From a virus (lineage: Duplodnaviria; Caudoviricetes), in the IMG/VR virus record IMGVR_UViG_3300037851_000560, positions 1 to 33,411 of that record: a stretch of 33,411 nt of DNA; one strand, 5' to 3'. The position numbers and the translations under genes were made by a program. Below the pieces are notes generated by a model. The model did no database searches and was not told where the DNA came from. It was given only the letters and a program-made list of their open reading frames with translations. The first letter of the stretch is position 1. Each line of letters opens with the position of its first letter. This document shows, piece after piece, positions 15,946-23,459 of this stretch.

Positions 15946-16307
15946 CACCGCGCGCGTCGACCCGTCGCGACCGCGCCAGCGATGGCGCGCTCCACAAGGC
16001 GCTGCTCGCGCTGCTCGTCGTCGTGCCCTCACTCGTCACCGCCGCCGCCACCTACCTCTCGACCGCCGCGGAGGCGAAGAAGGCCGAGGCAAAGCTCCTC
16101 GCCAACTACGGCGCATATGTCGAGGATCAACTGCGGCGCGACGAAGCGCTCGTCAACCGCCTCGCGCCCTGCATCCCGCCGCCGCCCGTCCCCGTCATGG
16201 AGACGCAGTTGTTCGCCCCCGAGATCGCGCTCTCCGTCGAACCGCCGCAAGCCGATGCCGTGCTCAACGAACTCGCCCGCCAAGAGGGCTGGAGGCCCAC
16301 ACCATGA
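15942..16307 (+). CDS. Membrane-anchored hypothetical protein
   Basis: One transmembrane stretch (ALLALLVVVPSLVTAAATYL) followed by a helical segment. Confidence 0.6.
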   Translation: MTPRASTRRDRASDGALHKALLALLVVVPSLVTAAATYLSTAAEAKKAEAKLLANYGAYVEDQLRRDEALVNRLAPCIPPPPVPVMETQLFAPEIALSVEPPQADAVLNELARQEGWRPTP

Positions 16308-16474
16308 ACGCGCCGCAGATCATCGCCGCCGTGCTGCTGACTATCGGGGCTCTCTTCGCAGTACACGCGCTCGTCTGCGAGTGGAAGCTGGACCGCGCCG
16401 AGCGCGAGTACCTTGAGCACCTCGATTACCTGTGCTCGCGCATCTTCGACGAGCGCAAGAGAGCGCAGCCGTGA
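16304..16474 (+). CDS. Small membrane protein
   Basis: MNAPQIIAAVLLTIGALFAV...; GGAGG RBS. Confidence 0.55.
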   Translation: MNAPQIIAAVLLTIGALFAVHALVCEWKLDRAEREYLEHLDYLCSRIFDERKRAQP

Positions 16475-16794
16475 CGACCGACAGCGCGGCCGTCGCACGC
16501 CTCGCGATCCGCAAGCGCGGTGCCCCGGGCAAGCAGCGCTCCCGCCGTTTCCTCGTGAGGCTCAACCTCGGCGACGGCGTCGATCGCACCTGCTGGGTGA
16601 TCGTCTCGCGCGCGGGCATCGGGGTGCGCCCGTACCGCTCGCGCAAGGGGCAGTGGTTCCTTCCGCTGCGTCAGGCAGCGGAGGCGGTCGCACGCGCAGC
16701 GCAGCGCGAGGCGGCGCACGTCAGGATGTACGGAGGGGCCGCCGAGTTGATGGTGACCGCCGAGTTGGCGACAGGACCGATGGAGGCAACATGA
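16471..16794 (+). CDS. Basic hypothetical protein
   Basis: GTGA-coupled start; tiles the operon. Confidence 0.55.
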   Translation: MTTDSAAVARLAIRKRGAPGKQRSRRFLVRLNLGDGVDRTCWVIVSRAGIGVRPYRSRKGQWFLPLRQAAEAVARAAQREAAHVRMYGGAAELMVTAELATGPMEAT

Positions 16795-17417
16795 AGTTCC
16801 CGACGCGGAAGGTCGAGACGATGAAGGTGCCCGCCGTGCCCGCAGCGGCGACGAAGGATCTGCCCGCCCCTGCGCAGCGGCGCAGCCCGCATGAGTTCGC
16901 CACGCGAAACTGCATCCGCTGCGGCACCGAGCTTCCCGGAGACGACGGGAGCGTGTCCTGCCCCCGCTGTCGCCGTCCATCGGAGATCGCGCTGTGCGAG
17001 CACCGCAAGCCCGAGCCGGCGTGGCGGATCACGCGGTGGGCCGCCTCGCGCACCAACGCGCCTCGCGCGAGCGACGTGGTGGCGGTCACGATCGGCGACC
17101 ACACCGTCTACCTCGGCCGCTTCCGCGATGCGCTCGCGCTGCGGACGGAGGACGGCGCGCGGCTGCCGCTGCTCAAGGTGCGCTCCGTCGAGCCGGGTTC
17201 CGAGATCATCGAGCGGCTGACGAACCTCGGCACCTGCTGGCGCTGTCGCACCGCGTTCTTCCTCCCCGACTGCGAGGTGCAGGCGAGCGGCGAGCCCCGC
17301 ATCCTGCGCGCGAAGCTCGACGCGCCGACGCGCGAGTACCAGCGCCCGATGGCCGACCCCGTCGCCATGTCGGCGGCCTACCTCGCGCTCGGTACGCGCG
17401 TGGACGACGACCTGTGA
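16791..17417 (+). CDS. Zinc-ribbon-containing hypothetical protein
   Basis: MKFPTRK after GGAGG; CIRC...CPRC and CWRC. Confidence 0.6.
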   Translation: MKFPTRKVETMKVPAVPAAATKDLPAPAQRRSPHEFATRNCIRCGTELPGDDGSVSCPRCRRPSEIALCEHRKPEPAWRITRWAASRTNAPRASDVVAVTIGDHTVYLGRFRDALALRTEDGARLPLLKVRSVEPGSEIIERLTNLGTCWRCRTAFFLPDCEVQASGEPRILRAKLDAPTREYQRPMADPVAMSAAYLALGTRVDDDL

Positions 17418-17650
17418 CCGAGCACCGCGTTGGTGCGATCGCCGTCCAGATGACCCGTCACGAGACGGGGCTCTGGCGCGCAACGTGTCCCTACCACAAG
17501 CCCTCCGCGCTCTCGCTCACGATGGCGACCGGGGGCGACGAGTTCGGCTGCACGATCTGCCTCACCACCGGCACCGTCTTGCGCGTCTCGCACGACGGCC
17601 GCGAGCGCGCCCTCGTCATCATCATCGCGGACAAGGATCGCCAGCCATGA
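17414..17650 (+). CDS. Stand-alone CHC2-like zinc-finger protein 1
   Basis: WRATCPYH...FGCTICLTTG. Confidence 0.55.
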   Translation: MTEHRVGAIAVQMTRHETGLWRATCPYHKPSALSLTMATGGDEFGCTICLTTGTVLRVSHDGRERALVIIIADKDRQP

Positions 17651-17898
17651 AGACCGTCTACCCCACCACGCCCCGCCCCCCGCGCCCGCGCGCATCGAAC
17701 GCGACCCGCGCGCAGGCGGGCGACCCGTGGCTCGGCTCGTGCCCGTACCACCTGCCGCCCGTCCCTCCCACGCTGAGCGTCGCCGACGGCGGCTCGACCT
17801 TCACCTGCTCGGCTTGCGCCGCGAGCGGCACCGTCGCGCGCATCCGCCTCAACGGCCCGCTGCGCGCGAGAATCTGGCTCCACAGGAGTGCGCCATGA
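17647..17898 (+). CDS. Stand-alone CHC2-like zinc-finger protein 2
   Basis: WLGSCPYH...FTCSACAASG. Confidence 0.55.
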   Translation: MKTVYPTTPRPPRPRASNATRAQAGDPWLGSCPYHLPPVPPTLSVADGGSTFTCSACAASGTVARIRLNGPLRARIWLHRSAP

Positions 17899-18380
17899 AC
17901 GTCTCGCCCTTCGCCCTGCGGATGATCCGCAGCTTCGAGACCTTCGAGCCGGTCGCGTACCACGACATGGTCGGCGTGCTGACGATCGGCTATGGCCACG
18001 CCATCAAGCCGGGCGAGGTCTTCCCGCATACCATCACGAGGGAGTTCGCCGAGGGGCTCCTCATGCGCGACTGCGAGGAGAAAATGGCCGGCATCGTGCG
18101 GGTGCTGGCGGTGCGGCTGCGCGAGTTCGAGATGGACGCCGTGCTGTCGTTCGCCTTCAACCTCGGCATCAGCGCGCTCGAAGGGTCGACGTTGCTGCGG
18201 AAGCTCAACGCGGGCGACACGTTCGGCGCGGCCCGCGAGTTCCGGCGCTGGCACTACGCCGGCAAGCCGCCGAAGCCCGTCCGCGGCCTCCTGCGCAGGC
18301 GCATCTTCGAGGAGCTTCGGTTCCTCGGCGGGCACGAGGAGAGCGTCATGGACTGCATCGAGAGGATGCGATGGCTGTAG
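17895..18380 (+). CDS. Endolysin, GH24 lysozyme
   Basis: E-x8-D-x5-T triad (FETFEPVAYHDMVGVLTIGYGH), plus SFAFNLG, STLLRKLNAG and GLLRRR. Confidence 0.92.
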   Translation: MNVSPFALRMIRSFETFEPVAYHDMVGVLTIGYGHAIKPGEVFPHTITREFAEGLLMRDCEEKMAGIVRVLAVRLREFEMDAVLSFAFNLGISALEGSTLLRKLNAGDTFGAAREFRRWHYAGKPPKPVRGLLRRRIFEELRFLGGHEESVMDCIERMRWL

Positions 18381-18523
18381 TGGAGTCGGGGCCTGTGGAG
18401 GTGAAGGTCGTGAGCAAGACCGCCAGCGTCGTCACCCTCGTCGTCGTCGGGGGCGGGCTCGTCGCGCTCGCCGCCGTCGATGCCCTGCGCGCGTGGTGGA
18501 AGGGCAAGCGGGTGCGCCGATGA
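18371..18523 (+). CDS. Small single-TM protein (holin or antiholin candidate)
   Basis: Hydrophobic stretch plus basic tail, next to the endolysin. Confidence 0.5.
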   Translation: MAVVESGPVEVKVVSKTASVVTLVVVGGGLVALAAVDALRAWWKGKRVRR

Positions 18524-19206
18524 ACGGGCTCGACTACGGCCTGCTCACGCGGCTCGCCGCGCGCTACGCGACCGACAAGGGCGGCGAGGGCGGGCACGAG
18601 TTCACCCACTTCTACGAGACGCGGCTGCGGACGCGGCGCTTCAGCACGCTGCGGGTCCTCGAGGTCGGCATCCTCGATGGCGGCTCGCTCGCGATGTGGG
18701 CCGACTACTTCCCGCGCGCGCAGGTGTGCGGGATCGACCTCGTCGACTACAGCCAGCCGCCGCAGCCGCCGTGCTGGTCCCACGTCAAGGACCGCATCCG
18801 CACGAACGTCGCCGATCAGGGCAGCCGCGACGCGCTGCTGATGGCGCTCGCCGACTTCGGACCCGGCGCGTTCGACCTCGTCGTCGACGACGGCGGGCAC
18901 CGGATGAACGAGCAGCAGGTGACGCTCGGCGTCCTCTGGCAGGTGCTCGCCCCCGGCGGGATCTACATCCTCGAAGACCTGCACACGTCGCGCTCGGCGC
19001 AGCCGAAGAAGTGGGGCGTGCTCAGTGACGTGGACAACACCACGCTCTCGCTCGTCGAGCACCTCGCCGGCGCGGGCTACATCCCACCCGCGCACTACCT
19101 CAGAGCCGAGGAGCTTGAGCGCCTGCAACGGCAGGTCGAGAGCGTGACGATCTTCGAGCGCGGCCCGCTGTCCATGACGTGCATGATCGAGAAGGAGGTC
19201 GAATGA
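18520..19206 (+). CDS. Class I SAM-dependent (sugar O-)methyltransferase
   Basis: TDK..H.F...Y, VLEVGILDGGSL..W..YFP, FDLVVDDGGH and GGIYILEDL. Confidence 0.85.
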   Translation: MNGLDYGLLTRLAARYATDKGGEGGHEFTHFYETRLRTRRFSTLRVLEVGILDGGSLAMWADYFPRAQVCGIDLVDYSQPPQPPCWSHVKDRIRTNVADQGSRDALLMALADFGPGAFDLVVDDGGHRMNEQQVTLGVLWQVLAPGGIYILEDLHTSRSAQPKKWGVLSDVDNTTLSLVEHLAGAGYIPPAHYLRAEELERLQRQVESVTIFERGPLSMTCMIEKEVE

Positions 19207-19949
19207 GACTGACCGCTGTCGTTGCCGCCGTTCTGCTCACCGCTGCGTGCGCGTCGTCGAAGCCGAAGCCGAAGCCGCCGACGCCGCCCCCGCCAGCGCC
19301 GACGACCCCGACCCCCGTGTGCGGACCCGGGCAGAACTACGGGTGCTATCACGACCCCGGCGGCGGCTGGGTCTACGCCTGCCCCGTCTACAACTCGCGC
19401 GGCGACGTGGTCGGCGTCGAGAACAAGCCGAACGCCGTCGACTGCCCGCCGAAGCCCGGGCCTCGCATCTGCCCGATGTGGCCGCTGCCCGCCGGCGCGA
19501 TGAAGTACCTCGGGATGAAGACCTACGGGCAGGGGCACGACACGTCGCTGCGCGTGCGCGGCTCGAAGGAGTGGTGCGCCGAAGCGGGCCACGCGAACGC
19601 CTCGCAGGACTGCCACCTCGAAGGCTGGGAGCCGCGCCTTGAGTGCGAGTTGAAGATCATGGGTGGCTGCCCGATCTGGCAGTACTCGCAGGACGGCGGG
19701 CAGACGTGGAAGCCCTGCCTGCAGGAGGGGCCGCAGGACGGGATGTCGTGCGATCACTTCGGCGACGTGAAGCTCCGCGACGACCCGCAGACGCCGGTCT
19801 TCGAGGGGCTCGCGGCGTGCGGCGCGCAGCGCGACGAGCGTGGCCACCCGATGGCCGGGCTATTCGCGATCGTTCACGGACGCGGTAAGGTCCGCGCGTG
19901 CTTGCCGGACGGGACCGGCTGCTCCGGCCCCGCCGACGTTGACCACTGA
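19203..19949 (+). CDS. Cys-rich lipoprotein
   Basis: Lipobox LTAA-C16, Pro-rich linker and 14 further Cys. Confidence 0.75.
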   Translation: MRLTAVVAAVLLTAACASSKPKPKPPTPPPPAPTTPTPVCGPGQNYGCYHDPGGGWVYACPVYNSRGDVVGVENKPNAVDCPPKPGPRICPMWPLPAGAMKYLGMKTYGQGHDTSLRVRGSKEWCAEAGHANASQDCHLEGWEPRLECELKIMGGCPIWQYSQDGGQTWKPCLQEGPQDGMSCDHFGDVKLRDDPQTPVFEGLAACGAQRDERGHPMAGLFAIVHGRGKVRACLPDGTGCSGPADVDH

Positions 19950-19960
19950 GGAGGAAGCTG

Positions 19961-20314
19961 ATGATCCGACGCTTGCTGTTCGCCTTCGCCGTCTTCGCCT
20001 TCGCCGTGCCCCTGCTCGCGCAGACGACCCCGCCCGAGGCGGCTGGCTTCGACTGGATGGCCGTCGCTGCCAGCGCCATCACCGCCGCGATCCCGGTCCT
20101 CACGATGCTGCTCGTCGGCGTCGTGCGGAAGTTCCTGCCGAAGCTCCCGTCGTGGTCGGTCCCGCTCGTCTCGCTGCTCATCGGCATCGCGCTGAACGTG
20201 ATCCAGCAGGCGTCGGTGTCGCCGAAGAACGCGCTCGTCGGCGCGATGCTCGGGCTCGCAGCGACGGGGCTCTACGAGGTGCAGAAGCACCTCACGCCGC
20301 AGAAGCCCGACTGA
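19961..20314 (+). CDS. Holin-like multi-TM protein
   Basis: Signal-like N-terminus plus three hydrophobic segments; ends in the GLAATGLYE holin-like motif. Confidence 0.65.
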   Translation: MIRRLLFAFAVFAFAVPLLAQTTPPEAAGFDWMAVAASAITAAIPVLTMLLVGVVRKFLPKLPSWSVPLVSLLIGIALNVIQQASVSPKNALVGAMLGLAATGLYEVQKHLTPQKPD

Positions 20315-20317
20315 CCC

Positions 20318-20629
20318 ATGGCCGACGACAAGCCGCTCAACCTCTCGACTTACGAGAGCGGCCCCTTCCGCCGCTTCTCGAATCCGTACACGCAGGCCGC
20401 GCTCGACTCCGCCCTCATCGAGATGAGCCCGGACGACCCCGTCGTCGTGGTGGCGCACCACGTCTACAACGACGACGGCACGCAGGTGGAGAACGTCACC
20501 AAGCTGAGCGCCGTGGCCCGCCTCCCCAACGGTGGTCTCTCCGTCATGGTCGGGGCGTACAAGGACTGGTCGAAGGGCGACAAGGGAGTCGAGGGCAAGA
20601 TCGTCTGGCGGCCCCGCGACCTCTGGTAG
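20318..20629 (+). CDS. Hypothetical protein
   Basis: 103 aa ORF with a beta-rich C-terminal half. Confidence 0.65.
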   Translation: MADDKPLNLSTYESGPFRRFSNPYTQAALDSALIEMSPDDPVVVVAHHVYNDDGTQVENVTKLSAVARLPNGGLSVMVGAYKDWSKGDKGVEGKIVWRPRDLW

Positions 20630-20633
20630 CACC

Positions 20634-20675
20634 GGGCGGTGGCGTGCCCTTGACGCCGCCGCCCGTCTTCGTCAT
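20634..20675 (+). terminator. Possible terminator hairpin before the portal gene
   Basis: GGGCGGTGGCGT-loop-ACGCCGCCGCCC followed by a weak T-rich tail. Confidence 0.4.
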
Positions 20676-20772
20676 TCTCCCTCGCTGACGACCGCCGGCA
20701 GCGCGAGGCGAGAGCGGCGGGCCACCGCCAAGGATGCTCAGCAGCGCGCGCCGCGCGAGCGCGGGAGGTCCC

Positions 20773-23244
20773 GTGGCCAACTCTTGGCTCACCCGAGCCA
20801 TCGACCGTTTCCGCAAGCCAGCACCCGCTCCCAAGCCTCCATCGAACGAGATCGAAGTCGTCTCGACATTCGTCGCGGGGCGACCCGTGCCGCAGGAGGA
20901 TTGGGATCCGCGCAAGCTCGTCGACGAGGGCTACAGGCGCAACGTCGTCGTCTACTGCTGCGTCAACGAGATCGCCTCTTCGGCCGCAGCGCCGCGCGTG
21001 TACCTGCGCGACCGCAAATCGCAGGAGGAGGTCGAAGAGCACCCGCTGCTCGACCTGCTCGCGCGCCCCGCGCCGGGGCTGTCGTGGTACGAGTTGGTCG
21101 AGACGCTGCTCATCCACCAGCAGACGATCGGCGAGGGCTACCTCCATAAGGGGCGCACGGGGAGCGGCGAGATCGTCGAGTTGAAGCCGGCACGTCCCGA
21201 TCGCATCCAGCCCGTGCCCGACAAGCAGGGCAACGTCCTGTACTACGAGTACCGCATCGAGGGCCAGTCGCCGCAGCGCATCGAGACGGAAGACCTCGCG
21301 CTGTTCAAGCTTCCCGACCCGATCAACGACTTCCACGGCCTGTCGCCCCTCGCGGTCGCGGGGATCTACGGCGACATCGACGCCTCTGCCGCGATATACC
21401 TCCGCGACTTCTTCGCGAACGGCGCGATGCCGATGGGGCTGCTCAAGTTCAAGGTGCCCGCCGTGCGGCGCGAGGATCGGCTGCGCGTGCAGCAGGAGTG
21501 GGCCGAGCAGTACGGCGGCGGCGAGATCACACCGCAGCGCGGGAGCCGCTGGCACAACGTCGGCGTCCTCGGCGGCGACGTGGAGTATCAGGCGATCGCG
21601 AGCGAACCCGCGCAGCTGCGCCTCGACGCCGTGTGGGGCATGACCGAGAGCCGCCTGTGCGCGACGTTCGGCGTGCCGCCGCAGTTGGTGCAGGCGCGCA
21701 TCGGCTTGCAGTACTCGACCTACGCGAACATGCGCGAGGCGCGGCGCTCCTTCTGGACGGAGACGCTCGCGCCGATCTACCGACGCCTCGGCGACGGCAT
21801 GACGCGCACGATCGTTGCCGAGGTCGACGAGAACCTCGAACTGGTCTTCGACCTCGAATCGATCCCCGAGCTTCAGGAGGATCTCAACCAGCGTGCCGAG
21901 CGCGCGACGAAGCTGTTCCTCGGCGGCGTCGCGTCGTTCAACGAGGCGCGTCTGCTGTCGGATCTCGAGGAATCGAAGAGCGACTTCTACGCCTTCCCGG
22001 GCACCGTGACGATGGTGCCGAAGGAGGACGTCGAGAGCGGCAAGTACTTCAAGGAGGCGGCCGACGCCAAGGCCGCAGCGCAGGCCGCGCTGGCGAAGGG
22101 CGCGAAGGACGCCGACGACGGCGGCGAGGGGAAGCCGCCGTTCGGCGGCAAGCCAGACGACGACGACGACGATCAGCAGGCCCTCGGGGAGGGGGCGCGC
22201 GGCCTCCCTTTCGAGGTGCTCGGGCTCGGCTCGCTGCCACCGGAGTCCGAAGCGGAGATCATGCGGGCGGCGACGACGTTGGAGACTGGTTTTTCCGCAG
22301 CGGTGCATGACGCGATAGCGGGGAGCGACGTCGAGGCGCTCGCTGCGGCGATCGAGCGCGGGGACTGGCGCGCGGCCGAGAAGGCGATCGACGTGACCAC
22401 CTACGTCCAGCGTTACGGTGCCGCGCTCGACGAGCACCTTCGTCGCGAGGCGGCCAACGCCATGCAGTTGCACCTGCGTCATCACGAGATCGTGCCGCGC
22501 GAGAAGCACCGCGACGGCTGGGTCACCATCAAGGGCCGGCCCGTTTACATCGGCGACAAGGGGCGCGGCGGTGGCGGGGGCGGCGACGCGCCACGCGCTG
22601 GCGGTGCGTCGCCGGCAGACCTTGAGCCAGCCAGCGGCGCGCCGATGGAACTGAAGCCCTTCTCCTCCTTCGATCCGAAGCTGGGAGGGGCCGATCGCAT
22701 GGCCGCCACCATCGCGTTCACGAAGGCCGTCTACGACGACCCCGCCGTGAAGATCCCGAAGCTCGCGTGGGACGGCGTGAAGGGGCTACAGGTCCGTCTC
22801 GAAGAGGCGTACAAGCCCGGCGTGACGGGCTACTACCAGCCCGACAAGGAGCGCGTCAACATCATCGCGCAGAAGAAGGGGCACCTTTCGCGCAACACGC
22901 CGATTCACGAGCTTGGGCACCACGTCCACATGGCGAAGCTGACGGACGCGGCGCACAACGAGTGGGCAGAGCTCTCGAATGGCGGGAAGGCCTGCAAGAT
23001 CTCCAACTACGGGCGCACGAACACCGGCGAGCACTTCGCCGAGGCCTTCCGCAACTACGCCGACACCGCCGAGCCGAAAGGCAAGCCCGGATTCCTCGCG
23101 CCGCGCGAGTGGCTGAAGAAGCAGGAGCCCGCGACGTACTCGTTCTTCGAGCGGCTCTATTCGGACCCGTCCATGTGGCACGCCAAGGGCAAGCGTGCGC
23201 CTCTGGCCGACGCGAACAAGCGCTACCACGGGAGCAAGGTGTGA
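20773..23244 (+). CDS. HK97-type portal protein with C-terminal zincin metallopeptidase extension
   Basis: GTG start after GGAGG. Portal motifs VYCCVNEIA, HPLLDLLARP, GLSPL, FFANGAMPMG, FGVPPQLV and NEAR. Tail carries HELGHHVH...SNYGRTNTGEHFAEAF. Confidence 0.88.
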   Translation: MANSWLTRAIDRFRKPAPAPKPPSNEIEVVSTFVAGRPVPQEDWDPRKLVDEGYRRNVVVYCCVNEIASSAAAPRVYLRDRKSQEEVEEHPLLDLLARPAPGLSWYELVETLLIHQQTIGEGYLHKGRTGSGEIVELKPARPDRIQPVPDKQGNVLYYEYRIEGQSPQRIETEDLALFKLPDPINDFHGLSPLAVAGIYGDIDASAAIYLRDFFANGAMPMGLLKFKVPAVRREDRLRVQQEWAEQYGGGEITPQRGSRWHNVGVLGGDVEYQAIASEPAQLRLDAVWGMTESRLCATFGVPPQLVQARIGLQYSTYANMREARRSFWTETLAPIYRRLGDGMTRTIVAEVDENLELVFDLESIPELQEDLNQRAERATKLFLGGVASFNEARLLSDLEESKSDFYAFPGTVTMVPKEDVESGKYFKEAADAKAAAQAALAKGAKDADDGGEGKPPFGGKPDDDDDDQQALGEGARGLPFEVLGLGSLPPESEAEIMRAATTLETGFSAAVHDAIAGSDVEALAAAIERGDWRAAEKAIDVTTYVQRYGAALDEHLRREAANAMQLHLRHHEIVPREKHRDGWVTIKGRPVYIGDKGRGGGGGGDAPRAGGASPADLEPASGAPMELKPFSSFDPKLGGADRMAATIAFTKAVYDDPAVKIPKLAWDGVKGLQVRLEEAYKPGVTGYYQPDKERVNIIAQKKGHLSRNTPIHELGHHVHMAKLTDAAHNEWAELSNGGKACKISNYGRTNTGEHFAEAFRNYADTAEPKGKPGFLAPREWLKKQEPATYSFFERLYSDPSMWHAKGKRAPLADANKRYHGSKV

Positions 23245-23459
23245 CCCTCGAAGAGTTCGTCACCGAAGTCCGCAGCGGGAACGTCTCCGTCGAGACGGGC
23301 GGCATGATCGACGGAGACATGGCGACGTGGATCGAGACGCTCGGGACCAACGACGCGGAGGCTGTCGCCGTCGAGGCCTTCGCTCGCGGCGTCATCCCAG
23401 CCGACATGGCGCTCGATGACGCGGTCGCGCGGATCGAGGCGCTGCTGGCGGCAGCATGA
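23241..23459 (+). CDS. Small acidic protein (possible immunity protein)
   Basis: 72 aa, coupled at both ends (GTGA, ATGA). Confidence 0.6.
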   Translation: MTLEEFVTEVRSGNVSVETGGMIDGDMATWIETLGTNDAEAVAVEAFARGVIPADMALDDAVARIEALLAAA

